Positions 25,494 through 38,340 of a DNA stretch of 64,000 nucleotides are shown here, piece by piece; the first letter of the stretch is position 1; each line of letters opens with the position of its first letter. The notes beneath the pieces were generated by a model that did not search any database, was not told the origin of the DNA, and was given only the letters and a program-made list of their open reading frames with translations. The position numbers and the translations under genes were made by a program. Source of the stretch: Mobula hypostoma (lineage: Eukaryota); contig NC_086097.1 of the NCBI RefSeq assembly GCF_963921235.1, forward strand, positions 87,174,001 to 87,238,000. Direction: 5' to 3'.

Positions 25494-26841
25494 CACTACC
25501 TAGGACATAAGGAAGAAGAGGAGTAATAGATATTAAAAAATTACACAACGGGTCAGATTTAACTTCTAAGTATATATTTTCATCAATGAAAATAAGCACT
25601 CCACATGAGCATATGCAATTGTGATAAGAAGAATACAGCACCACACTTAAATGAGAGCACAGCCCAGAAAAATGAAGAAATTATCACTATTGAAGTAATT
25701 ATGTAACTAGTTTTGGGAATGTGAGTTTAGAGTCCTTGAAAGTGAGTTCATAGTTTGTGGAATCAGTTCAGTGTTGGGGTAAGTGAGGTTATCCACTCTG
25801 GTTCAAGAATACAATGGTTGAGGGGTGATAGCTGTTCCTGAATTTGGTGGTGTAGGACCTGAGACCTTCATCCTGATGGCAAGAAGAGAGCATGGCCTGG
25901 ATGGTGGGGGTTCTTGATGATAGTGAGGTATATCATTATTTTCTTCAGTAGTGATAAATTCTTCTTTTTTTCTGGGCAGTGCTCTCATTTAAGTGTAGTA
26001 GAATGACCCTCCATGGAAGACAACTCCACGGTCTGAGCAGACTGAAATTTGGCAAGGAAGTGTTAAATGCCTGGGTCAGAGTTGGAGACTTCTTCCCAGA
26101 AACAGAGGGGTTCCTTGTGGCAATACAGGACCTGGTGGTTAACACAAAATTATCAAAGGTATGTAATAAAAGACCAACAAATTCAAGATGATAAATGTGA
26201 AAATGCTAAGAAACATCAGAAACAATCCAACAGATTACAGGATCCTGTAGCAGTTTGACAGAATCTGATTACTTACACAGGCACAATCAAGTGGCAAACA
26301 TTGTTTACCAAAATCTTGTTTTAAAATAGAAACTCATAAAAGAAATCATACCTACCTGATCCAGTTTTAGAATCAGAATACCACAAATTATATTGTGACT
26401 GATCCATTATTACAGATAGGATAATCTTTAATAACTGTCTGGATATAATAATACAGGCTAAACAAGGAAGAACAACTTATTCAATAGATACAACCATTCC
26501 AAGCATACAAAACCTACAGAAATCAATAAGTGACAAACATCAGAATTATGCTGAATTAAAAGAAGAAATTGAAAGACTTTGGAACATGAAATGGATATAC
26601 ATTGTCCCAATAGTAATATCTATAACTGGTATCATCCCAAAGGCACTAAACAAAAGCATTAAGCAATTAGGCCTACTCAGCAATATCTATGTAAATCTTC
26701 AGAAAGCCAAAATACAAAACACCACTAAAATAGTCCAAAAGTTCCTAGCAATTGAGAAATGAGTAGGCTTTTCTATGCCTGTATCTCAGCTTCACCAGCT
26801 TGAGCTGAGTAAAAATAAGTGTCAATAATAATAATAAATAA
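25494..26841 (+). mobile_element. R4/Dong-clade non-LTR retrotransposon 3' part (CCHC finger and restriction-like endonuclease), decayed
   Basis: TLPR..GR.G, LHGR, NAW...GDFFPETEGFLVAIQD, DDKC..., SDYLHRHNQVANI; ends in (AAT)n. Confidence 0.85.
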
Positions 26842-27422
26842 AGATGTAATCAATATTGAGTATGTGAATTTAGAGTCCTTGAAAGTGAGTCTAGAGGTTG
26901 TGGGATCTGCTCAATGTTGGGGTGAGTGAAGTTCTCCATTCTGGTTCAAGAATATGATGCTTGAGGGGTAGTAACTGTTCTTGAACCTGGTGGTGTAAGA
27001 CCTAGGCCTCCAACTTGATGGCGAGAAGAGAGTATGGCCTGGTTGGTGGGAGTTCTTGATGATTGATACTGCTTTCCTGCTTCAGTGCACTTTGTAGGTT
27101 TTGAAGATGGTGGAGAGGCCTTTACCAATAACCATAACAAAATCAGTGAAAGAATGCACCCAACAGGGTGGACAACTAGTGCGCAAAAGACAACAAACAG
27201 CGCAAATACAAAAGAAAATAAAACAAGTAATAAATAAATAAACAATAAGTATAAAGAACATAAGATGAAGAGTCCTTGAAAATGAATCCATTGGTTGTGG
27301 AAATAGTTTAGTAATGGGACAAGTGAAGTTGAGTGAAGTTATCCCCTCTGGTTCAAGAACCTGATAGTTGAAGGGTAATAACTGTTGTTGAACCTATTGG
27401 TGTGAGTCCTGAGGCTCCTGCA
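26842..27422 (-). mobile_element. Two adjacent Rex1/Babar 3' fragments
   Basis: Repeated agagtccttgaaa.tga..c..t.ggttgtgg and ctggttcaagaa...taactgtt.ttgaacct blocks. Confidence 0.75.
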
Positions 27423-27558
27423 AATAAATATTTATTTATTTATTTAGTTATTGCTTATTGTAAATTATCACTTCTTTATTATGTATAGCACTGTACTGCT
27501 GCTGCATAATAACTCATTTCACAACATATGCCAATGATATTAAACCTGATTGTGATTC
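27423..27558 (+). mobile_element. Rex-type LINE 3' tail
   Basis: gcactgtactgctgctgc...atttcacaacatatgccaatgatattaaacctgattgtgattc. Confidence 0.7.
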
Positions 27559-27701
27559 ACCATTCACTTCAAGCGTCTTCCATAATTGATATGGATTGAT
27601 ATGTTGGCAATAATTTATGGATAGCGGACATGATTGGCATCTGTATCTGAACTGAAAATGGGTGAAGTACTAATATCAATCATTTTTTTCCATTCTTGTA
27701 G

Positions 27702-27798
27702 ATTACATTAGATTTCTACCGTGGAGTTATATTTGGGATTCTGTGCTAAACTGACTTACTTGAAACCAGCAGATATACGAGTTAGCCAGGGGCTAAAG
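27702..27798 (+). other. Candidate 97-bp non-coding exon
   Basis: Branch-like TACTAAT at 27668-27674, polypyrimidine tract ending tgtag, donor AAG|gtgagc; stops in all three frames and no ATG. Confidence 0.4.
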
Positions 27799-28317
27799 GT
27801 GAGCTTTTCATTGAGAAGACAGGAGCAATATTTTAACAAGAGTATAACCTTGTTGTTTTATGCACTATGTGCTTGATCTTCAACAGTTACATTCAGGACA
27901 TATTTCATTGGCTGATAGTCTAAACCCTGCACTGGTGATGCACTTTATTTCATGATGAGATGATATATCTTAATGAATAAATATCATGTGTCCTATTCAA
28001 GTGCTAATTCTCATGAAACTTGTTGGGCAAGTAAAGAAGCTCCCTTTTGGTAAATTGGTTCAATTTACTGGAGTAACCAATAGCTCTTAAAACAAACACA
28101 ATCAGATATTTTTCAGAAAAACACAGGAGTAACATTTTACTTTAAAGCATAGAAGAGTGCATCACTGGACAGGCTATAAAGCCCACGATGTTGATGCCAA
28201 TTTATATTAAATGACCCCCCCCTTGTGTATTATCTGTATCCCTCCATTTTAGCTCAAACTCTAACCAGTGACTCAAAAACACTGAACACGGTCAAAAAGT
28301 TTTAAAAAAAAATTGTA

Positions 28318-30140
28318 CAGTGGATTCTGGTTAATTGGGACATATTGAGATCCGTATGTTTTGACCCAATTAAGTGGCTGCCCAGAATTACCTAAAGTTT
28401 CATGGAAATAGTTATAAAGGTATATTAAAAAATGACAACCTACCATTTATGTGAGTAACAAATCCTATATTTAAATGAAATACAGCACAAATTAGAATAC
28501 CACTAATACAATACTATAAAACTGTGTATTTGTTCCTAATAGTTATCAATGGAGGAATTCATCCAGAGTAGGCTGCCATGTTTCTTTGATTGACTGCAAA
28601 TGGAAAAAAATTTGTGCAGACACCTAGTCCTGATAGTGGATTGCCATCATATAATACTTCTGACAATTGCATCCTTCAAATCATTCCATTGCAATATTCA
28701 AGATGATTGCTGATACCTTCAAGTTCTTCAGAATTCCTAACTTGCAGAAGTAGTGAAACTGTTTTATTTTCACTCCTGGTCGTTTCTGACATCTCCAACC
28801 CTAAATGCTTGAAACTGCAGTGAGCAAAACGGTTCTGCATTGTCTTACTGCTTACTTCTTGCCAACTATCAGAATCAGAAACAGGCTTAATATCACTGCC
28901 AAATGTTGTGAAATTTGTTAACTTTGCGGCAGCAGTATAATGCAATAAATGATAAATAAACACATTACAGTAAGTATATATGTATATTAAATAGTTATAT
29001 TAGAGTAAGTAGTGCAAAAAGAACATGTTTTAAAAAAGGTGGAGAGGTGGTCTTCATGAGTTCAATGTCCATTTAGAAATCGGATGGCAGAGGCAAGAAG
29101 TTGCTCTTGAATCACTGAGTGTGTGTCTTTAGGCTTCTGTACCTCCTTCCTAATGGTAACAATGAGAAGAAGGCATGTCCTGGATGGTGGGGGTCCATGA
29201 TGATGGAAGCCAATTTTCTGAAGAACCACTCCTTGAAGATGTCTTGGATACCACATAGGCTAGTACACATGATGGAGTTAACTAATTTTACAACTCTCTG
29301 TAGCTTGCTATAATCCTGTGCAGCAGCCCCCTTTCCCATACCAGACAATGATCCAACCAGTCAGACTGCTCTCCATAGTACATCTGTAGAAGCTTTTGAG
29401 TGTTTTAAGTGACAAACCAGATCTCCTCAAACTCCTAATGAAATATAGCTACTGTCTGGTCTTCTTTATAGCTGCATTGATATGTTGGGACCAGGTTAGA
29501 TCCTCAGAGATCTTGACACCCAGGAACTTGAAATTGCTCGCTCTCTCCACTTCTGATCCCTCAATGAGGATTGGTTTGTTTTCCTTCGTCTTACCCGTTC
29601 TGAAGTCTGCAAACAGCTCTTAGGTCTTACTGACATTGAATGCAAGGTTGTTATTGTGACACCACCCAACTGGTTGGTATATCTCGCTCCTGTACATCCT
29701 CTTGACACTATCTGAGATTCTGCCAACAATGGTTGTATCATCAGCAAATTTATAGATGGCATTTGAACTATACCTAGCCAGATAGTCTTGGTATAGAGAG
29801 AGTAAAGGAATGGGATAAGCACACATCCCTGAGGTGCGCCAGTGCTGATTGTCAGTGACAAAAATCACTGATTTTTGAAGACAAACACACAAAATTGGCA
29901 CTATTTAAAAACTGTTTGCTCTAAACATTGAGTAGTGTCTCACAACCATGCAAGTGCATGTGATTAATGCTAGTTAAAAACTGTTTGGCAACAGTCTCCT
30001 GTCCCAATTAAGTGCCATGTTGTCCCAAGTAAATGAAGGCAATCCGGGCTATTTTCTCAATTAGTTTTTGTTCTTTGTGAGTTTTCCCAAATAAGTGGCT
30101 GCTCCAATTAATTGATAGCCCAATTAAGTGGAATCCACTG
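28318..30140 (-). mobile_element. Tigger/pogo-like internally deleted DNA transposon with nested Rex LINE
   Basis: TA-cagtggattctggttaattggg ... cccaattaagtggaatccactg-TA; removing the insert restores LQKSVIFVTDSWQEVSSKTMQNRFAHCSF (pogo-type AW..V...TI.NCF...GF). Confidence 0.85.
28869..29855 (-). mobile_element. Rex1/Babar LINE, RT C-terminal half and 3' end
   Basis: STGAPQGCVL.PFLYSLYT, YKFADDTTIVGRISD, WCHNNNLAFNVSKT; (ATTCTG)-type tail. Confidence 0.93.
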
Positions 30141-30339
30141 TACATATTTTTATTGATACCTTTGGCCATTGCACTTTCCAGTTAACAAAATAGTACTTCT
30201 AATTTCTAATGGCCCTTACCAACGGAGTGCTTTTTCAATTATCTGACTGAACTATATATGATAAATTTCCATTTGTATAGTGTTTTTCATCTAAATTATT
30301 ATTCTAAGATATTTCACTGGAGTGTTATCATTCAAAAAT

Positions 30340-30730
30340 TGACCTCAAGACTCAAAAGCAGGACTAGGGCAGGTGGCCAAATATTTGGTCAAGAAGATCA
30401 TTTTTAGGAATGCTCTTAAAAGAAGACTGGGAAGAGAAGTTCTCAAGAACGTAGAGCTAAGTGCTCTTGCTCTAGACGTTGCTACCAAAACAGGGTGCAT
30501 GATACATGAGGATACATTTTTCTTCAATAATCACGGAGATGAGAATGTTGAAGAGAAATAGAGGAACAACCCCTTGGTGGCACTTGAAGATAAGACTTTT
30601 AAAAATCAGCATGGTGCTGGTGTGGAAGCCTTCACTGTTCTAGGAGCCCTAGGGCTATGGATATATAGATTTGGTGCTAAATATGATTCGGGCAATGGCA
30701 TTTAGGATGAACGTAAGTTCACAAATGCTT
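30340..30730 (-). mobile_element. Decayed L2 3' remnant
   Basis: ggtggccaaatatttggtcaagaagatcatttttaggaatgctcttaaaag resembles the reverse strand of an L2 3' region. Confidence 0.5.
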
Positions 30731-32084
30731 GTACATGCCAGTGAATGTCATCCTTGATTGTGAGCCAAAACATAAATTCTAACTTTGCTGGCAGCTTTCA
30801 AAGAACAGTGATTGTCACTGGATTCACAAAAGAGTTGACAGGCTTATGCTTAACTCATTTACATGGAAACTTACTTCCGTGGGTTATACTACACAGAAGA
30901 TTTGCCCAGATTTGTGGTGTGGAATTTCATAAGTCATCCAGATCTTTCTTTGATAGGTCACAATTTAACCATTTTAATTAGATTTTGATTCTCAAGCAGT
31001 TGTTTCTTGTTTTTATATTTATTAAGCATTTTTCTTTTGAAACACTTCCTCAATATTATTAATTATTTAGGAAATATCCCATGCGTCTTAATGAACTAAT
31101 GTTTGGGGAGCACTGCATTGCATCAATTACTCAGATCATTTGTCATTTAAAACCTTATTACAGGGCGCAAAGTCCTGAAGTATTTATGAGGACAATGGAT
31201 TTGCTCTGGGAGTCCTACCCAAAGTATACAAGAGTGCAATTTAAATTTATGAATTAAGTTTACAGTGACTGAATAATGTGTTGGGCAGGTGCAATTTAGT
31301 CTGAAATTGGTAATTTTGGTTTCAAGCATAAGATAGAAATGACATATTCTATATATTTGTTAAATAAAATAAACAGACATCACTTCACACATCTGTGAAA
31401 CACTAACTCAACCTGATTTCACTGCTGCTGTTAATGCCAGGCCATATCTATTGAAATTGCTGTTATCATCTTGTGTCTCTCATTAGATTCTAAGCTGCAC
31501 TTTATTCTCCTTAGGTCAGAATTTGTTTTCATTTTAGCTCTGTTCAGTAACACATCCACAACCAGCAAGACATGCTTCTGAACACTATTTGTCGGGAATT
31601 TAATTCCCCCTGTGGCCTAGTGGCTACAAATCATATTAGTCTCATGACATCTGAATATGAGCTACGATAATTATCACAGGAGTTTTGCATGTAAAATCAG
31701 ATTTATTCCTCAGTGGGGCACAAATCAGGAGCCTTCTCAATTACTAGGAACTTTTGTCCATCATAATTACCTGCGCTGTGGCTTAATAGGTACATCTACC
31801 TATGAATGAACAAATAAGCTTACCAATTCTAGTAAAATACCATTTGCCATTCTAATCACATGAGAAACAGATGATGTGACAATGATTTGTAATCAAATAT
31901 GAATGCCTCTCCAACTTAAATCTATTTTTAGTGAGCCACTGATGGGGATTGTAAACTGCCATTTCTGGTCACCATTTTTCACCAATGCATGCAGAAGGCC
32001 AACTTCTTCCAGGCTGCTCATATGCAAGATTTATTGGTGTCACTTCTCTTACAGCTAGCTTGAACTATTTGTCTTCTGAGAACC

Positions 32085-34255
32085 CAAATGAAAAACAAGG
32101 CCTTGGGCGCAGATGGTATCCCCAAGTAAATTCAGAAACTCGGCAGTGAAGGGCTTCAGTCAGAAATCAACAATCTTATCATGTATCAGGAAACTTCAGA
32201 GGTTCCAAAATCATGATCGCATTGAGAAAAGGACACAAGACTCTGGATGACAGAAGAGTTTCCATGTTGTTTAACTCTATGACAAGTTCATTCGTGGTAC
32301 CTATAAAGGAGTCTCAAAGTGGAAGTCATCACTAGGGTCTTCCGGGTTTCTAAAATCTGCTCTCTGAGCCATGTTGTTTACACCATTCACCTAGAGGCAC
32401 AGCGGACATACTCTGCACCTCCGCAACGTCAAAAGAAATGCAGGGAGTAGCATTAACCACTGTGCATAACCATTTTTTTCTGACTCACTAAACCTTTGAC
32501 TGTCAATCAGAAGGATTATTGAATGAAATATTTAAATTCAGCTGCCCACAAGAATTCATCCACTTGGTGCACAAGCAATGATCCTAACCAAAATGTCCAG
32601 ATCAGTTCAGTGAAGACCAGTATCCAACAAGGCTGTGCAATTGCTCCAACATTTCTAGATCTAACTCAGTGAATTTCTATAATTCACCTTCAACAAGCTT
32701 CCCATGGGGGGAGGGCGGAGCTAAGCTTTCAAACAAATCGGAATCTACTTAACATATCACAACTCTAGAACCAAGGTTAACCCCGGCTTCAATTTTTATC
32801 CGCAGTATACACAGAATGCAGCTCGGAGGCCAGCTTCCAAGCCATTGTTAACTTGTTCACTGAAATATCAGAGGGGGTGGGCACAGAAACTGTTGCATAA
32901 CAAAGATTCCCTATCAAACTATCTCTACTGCACAATATTGTTCTCCACCTATAAAATTTCATGACAGGAAAACTGATCAACAAGCTTCAAAACCTTCGCC
33001 TCAGTGCTTCCTTGTACGATTTGATCCTCCACAATCAGTTCAGATTGGCAACAACATCTCCTCCACAATCTCCATCAGTATCAGAGATCCATGAGTCTGT
33101 CTTCATTGGAGAATTGGAGGTGAAGAGGGTCAGCAAAGTTAAATTCCTCACTGTTATCATGTCAGAGGACCTTTCCTGGGCACAGCACCTAAGTGAAATT
33201 ATGAAGAAAGCCCGGCTGCGCCTCTACTTCCTAGAAAGTTTGTGAAGATTCAACATAACATCTAAAACTTGGACAAACTTCTATCACTATGTGGTGGAGA
33301 GTATATTGGCTGGCTACATCACAGGCTGGTATAGAAACAGCAATGCCCTTGAATGGAAAATCCTATGAAAAAGTAGTGGATATGGTCCCGTCCATCACAG
33401 GTAAAACCCTCCCCGCCATTGAGCATATCTACATGGAGCGTTGTCAAAGGGAAGCTCCTTGAAGGTGTGCTCAATGGACATATATGTTGTCAGGACCTCC
33501 CACCACCTAGATTATGCTCTCTTCTCGCTGCTGCCACCTGGAAGAGAGTACAAGAGCCTCAGGATTCACACCAGCAGGCTCAGGGGCAGTTATTACCACT
33601 CAGCTATTAGACTCTTCAAACAGAGGGGATTACTACACTCTACTTCACTTGCCCCACCACAACCAATGCCTCACTCTCAAGGACTCCTCATCTCATGTTA
33701 TCAATTTTTTTTGCTATTTTATTTATTAATTACATTTTTTTTTGTTTTTGATCAAATTGTTGTCTTTAGCAGACTGGTTGTCCACCCTGTCAGGTGTGGT
33801 ATTACGGATATTGGATTCACTGATTATGCCCACAAGAAAACAAATCTCAGCATTATATATAGTGACATATATGCACTTTGATAATATACTTATTTTGAAC
33901 TTTGTACATGATGGAAAACATAGATTATTTCTTTTAACTTAGACGGCACCTCACAGAGAAAATAGACTTCAGTTATAAAATTTATCGTCAATGTACCAGC
34001 ACAGCCATTGGTCACTTGAGAAAAGGCAGCAAATATGGAAACAAACAGATAGTTTAATGAGCACCGTTGTTCCCTGTCCACCAACGTACTTCTGCGATAG
34101 AGACTACCTACAACAGGTATCTCAAGACAATGCAATGATACCATTAATGCTGCCTCCAAATCCACATATCATTCTCAATTCCAAAGAATTGCCAGGGAAG
34201 AAGAAGAAGAATTAAACCCACATTGATGCACTTAAAGCAAGGCGTTTTGTAGACA
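32085..34255 (+). mobile_element. Decayed RTE (BovB-like) LINE interrupted by Rex1
   Basis: K.NKA.GADGIP, RGTAD, .KKCRE, F.CPQEFI, VKTSIQQGCAIAPT; resumes after 33905 with remnants of ENVD.F.YL and STAIG.LRKR. Confidence 0.75.
32968..33905 (+). mobile_element. Rex1/Babar LINE 3' part with deletions
   Basis: KLINKLQNL, VKRVSKVKFL.VIMSEDLSW, KKARLRLYFL, ALFSLLPPGREYKSLR; tail tttgataat..acttattttgaactttg. Confidence 0.88.
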
Positions 34256-37200
34256 TGGTAGATTCATTCAAAAGAGATCCTTTTCCCTATAGCCTGATGT
34301 AGGAGAGCCAAGTCTCCAAGGTTTCTAGACCTGTACAAGAGTTCAAGAGTGGTATCAGTGTACTGTCTAATCAGGAAGTAAGCAGGACTTCCAAATAAGC
34401 TCTCAAAGGAATTCTTGAGATTCAACACAGAGATGAGGTAGGTAAAGTCACAATGTGATGCAGCAATATACTGTATCTCATGGCCACCCATGCTTGGTCA
34501 AGATCATTACTGTATTTCATACATGTACTATGGAATATCTTGACATTGTGAATGCAAGTATTTATGTCTAAGGCCATATAATCAAGTGCCCAGGGAATCG
34601 TGTTTAATCTGCATCCTGCCAGATTAATGAACAGTTAAGAGTGGAATACCATAAAACCACAGCAAACTGGAAAATTAATCCCACAATTTGTCTTGACTGT
34701 TTAAACAGTCCAAAGGTCTTCTGACAGCAGAACTCCTTTGAAGAGTTTACTTTATTGTTGCAAATCAATGATGATTGATGATGTGATAATATTGATGTAA
34801 TAGGAATAACTTAACATACAGTATAAATGAAAGTGCTTACTGCTGTGTTATGCACTTCTGATTTTTATAGATCAAGCATATTGTGGCATTAGGCCTCAGA
34901 TGCATTGTCAGTTCCTGCTCCTAACAAGTAATTCTAGGAACATTAACATTGAAAGTGTCCAGTAAACAAGAGTTCCAAATAGGAACTACATATCTGAGAT
35001 ATTGTGCTACAGTAGATGCGTTGCTACAACCCGGTGATAATTCACCAGAATAATTCCTAGGACATAGAAATATTGCTTTGCAAATACACAGCAGAGGCAA
35101 ACATAGGATTAAATATAAAACCTTCTGTGTTATTTGCTGTCAGAGCAATTCATTTACCCAGTAAGAGCTAATAATAAATAACTAGTCCATAAAACAAATC
35201 CATTGGCAAAGCAAAATAAATTAATGTTATTTGGAGATGATTCACCCATTGATGTAATTTACCATTCAAATGAACTGTTAAATCCGCTTGCTGTTGATGC
35301 GTCCCTTTAAAGGCCTAAGTATTTTTAGATCCAAAAGCCTGAAATACACATGATATAAAAAATTATGGTGTAGATTACTGATATTAAGTGACTAGAAGAA
35401 CATTTAACAGCATTCTGCTCCTGAAGAGGCCACTTAATCTCAGAAGTTAAAGAAATGAGTGTCATGAACGAATCTGAAAGTGAACACTTGAAAACATTGT
35501 AATTTCACAAACTCAGACCATTGTTAACTACAAGAGGCCAGCAGTACAGTGTGTAAGTTTGTTTCCCTGGGACTCACCATTCTGCTTTTTTAATGTTAAC
35601 TTAATTTCTGAATCATGCGTTAAGCAGCTGTATGTAGATATCCTACCGCATAACTTAAGAACCCTCTTTCAGAGAAGTACTTTCAGAACCTCTTCATTAT
35701 TTCCGTTCTTCTGTTCTTTTTTTGGGTGCAACCTCTGCTTTAAATAGCAACACTGTCGCCTGTGTTATATGGTTTCAGGCTGCTAAGATTTACTTGGTTC
35801 TACATCTAGCTGCTGTAATATATTCTCATTAAAGGGACAGTGTCTGAAACTGCTCAGTTGTCAGAATCACTAAACCATAAGGCAGTGACTAATTCAATAT
35901 CCCTTCTGGTAGTTTACCTCTTGCATGGTGAGGGAGAGGATATTCTAATTGCTGCCAGTTCCTCTGTACAATAAAAAAAGAAGAAAATATCAGCCAGGAT
36001 TCCTATTCCCTCTTGGCTATTTTGGGAAGTGAACTTGAACAGATTTTAGTCAATTTAGGAAATGAAGAATGGGTGTCATATCAAGCATCAAAGGGCAGTG
36101 TTCTGGGAGACTTGTATCATATCAGATATGGTTGCGGAGGGGACCAAAACAAAGCTGGAAAGTGTAAAATAATAAAAATGTGAGAGATTTGGAATTTTTA
36201 TTCTGTGACTCTGAGGCTTGCCGCCAGGATGATTGTATCTGAGGCTTGCCACTGTTTGCAGATGGCTATGTCTTGCAGAACACCCAAGTCAGTGACCGTA
36301 TCAGGGACTTTTGGAGTCACATCACTGTAAAAGCTTAATGCAGCTATGAGTTGTAGGCCAGGATTACGGTGATGGGGCATGATGTGGGGACACTTGTATC
36401 TTAGGATTTCCTGAAGGATATTAACGAACTCCACTGTTTATAATCAGCAAGTTTAAATCAGTGCAATTACATGAATTTGAGCCAAGCAATTAGGCCATAA
36501 ATTTAAAAAATACCTCCACTGAAGTGTAGCATTACCCTACTCCTCATCCTCAGTTTCTTCCCCTGGAGCATTGTGACTCACTGGTATACAAGTGCCAAAT
36601 GTATTTCAATACATCCCACTCAAATTGCTCTTGACAGTAGTTGTAAGCAAGCTATTTAATGATAGAGATTTATCATATAAGGTCCACAAATTTCCTCTTG
36701 CAAGCAGGAGCCTCTTTCTTCCAGGGAATGTACTTCATACCATAATAAAATCAGAACATGAATGACATTGTCCTCACATAGGAGTGAAACGATCTTCATG
36801 TTTCCTTACAATACAGTATTTACAAAATATTGATATGTCACTGATGCTCCATCTGCAATTATTTCATTACAGTTGGCAGCATTTGGCTGTGAACATCTTC
36901 TTGCACCAGAAGACCAATAAGTTTTCAACAGACCAAGGGGGTGTGGGTTGTTTGGGGGGAAGGGGATGTCTTTTACCAAGCTGATGATCTTACAGCAGTC
37001 ATACCTAGCATTAGCCTGTAAGGTCAGCCATGATCACAAAACAAATCCTGGCTCATCTAATCTAAATATAACATTTGCCTCGAGGTTGTCAAAGTTAATT
37101 CTGATTGTGTATACCATCAAATTCAGCCCACCACCTTATCTGAATATTTCTGATCTTAATTCAGTAGAGTAATGGTAAAAGAAAACCCTACCAGTTATTC

Positions 37201-37256
37201 ACTGCCACTCTCCAGAACTTGTATGTTCACATCTAAATGTTAATTTTATTCATGTA

Positions 37257-37530
37257 GTGTACTATGCAAAATTCTTAAGCACATATAAATAGCTAGGGTG
37301 CCTAAGACCTTTGCACAGTACTGCATTTGTCAATGGGGGAGCAGAGAGCAAGTTTGTAAATCTGGCAGGAGCAAAAGATGTTGGGAATGGTGAGGGTGGA
37401 CTGCCACAGGAGGGGTGTGGGACAGGTGGCAGGGGAGGAGCGCCAGGTGGTGGGGGGTTGCACGGGTGCAGACACACCCAACCCTGAGACACCAAGCAAG
37501 GTCATTTGATGCCAAACAATTGGTTTATTG
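37257..37530 (-). mobile_element. Composite Tc1-like element, copy 2 (half, cut by Penelope insertion)
   Basis: Palindromic terminal unit about 37257-37323 followed by the reverse complement of the 5080-5290 interior. Confidence 0.82.
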
Positions 37531-38230
37531 ATAAACAAGAGAAAATCTGCAGGTGCTGGAAATCCAAGCAACAAACTCAAAATGCTGGAGGAACTCAGCA
37601 GGCCAGGCAGAATCTATGGAAAAAAGCACAGTTGATGTTTCGGGCTGAGACCCTTCAGCAGGAATGGAGAAAAAAGGCTGAGGAGTAGATTGAAAAGGTG
37701 GGAGAGGGGGAAAGAAACACAAAGTGATAGGTGAAACCAGAAGGGGAAGGGATGAAGTGAAGTGCTGGGAAGTTGACTGGTGAAAGAGATACAGGGCTGG
37801 AAAAGGGGAGTCCGTTAGGAGAGCACAGAAGACCATGGAAGAAAGAAAAGGGGGAAGGAGCACCAGAGGGAGGCAATGGGTAGACAAGGAGATAAGGTGA
37901 GAGAGGGAAAAAGAGATGGGGAATAGTGAAGGGGTCGGGGGGGGTGGGGGGAGAATAACACCAAAAGTTCGAGAAATCAATGCTCATGCCATCAGGTTGG
38001 AGGCTACCCAGATGGAATATAGGGTGTTATAACCTGTGTGTGGCCTCATCACGACAGTTGAGGAGGTCATGGATGGACATATTGGAATGAGAATGAGAAA
38101 TGGAGTTAAAATGGATGGTCACTAGGAGATCCTACCTCTTCTGCCGGATGGGGTGTAGATGGTCAGTGAAACAGTCTTCCAATCTACATCGGGTCTTACC
38201 AATATAAAGGAGGCCACACTGGGAGCACTG
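37531..38230 (-). mobile_element. Penelope family A-like 3' part (GIY-YIG C-terminus and pseudo-LTR)
   Basis: Minus strand LYIGKTRCRLEDCFTDHL ... LGSLQPDGMSIDFSNF; complete 3' tail; hammerhead-like motif at 37630-37665 (CTGCTGA variant). Confidence 0.88.
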
Positions 38231-38340
38231 GAAATCCAAAGCAAAGGGTCTCGAACCTGAATTGTTGACTTAGTTTCTCTGCTCACGGATGTGGCCTGTA
38301 CTGTTGAATATATCCAGCATTTCCTGTTGTTAATTCTTCC
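38231..38340 (+). mobile_element. Older Penelope-type 3' end in opposite orientation
   Basis: aagggtctcgaacctgaattgttgact...atatccagcatttcctgtt. Confidence 0.55.

Noticed and set aside
37525..37987. Pro/Ser/Phe-rich ORFs of 151 and 110 aa
   Set aside because: Read through the CT-rich Penelope 3' UTR; compositional artefact, likewise 52505-52864 and 53565-53783.
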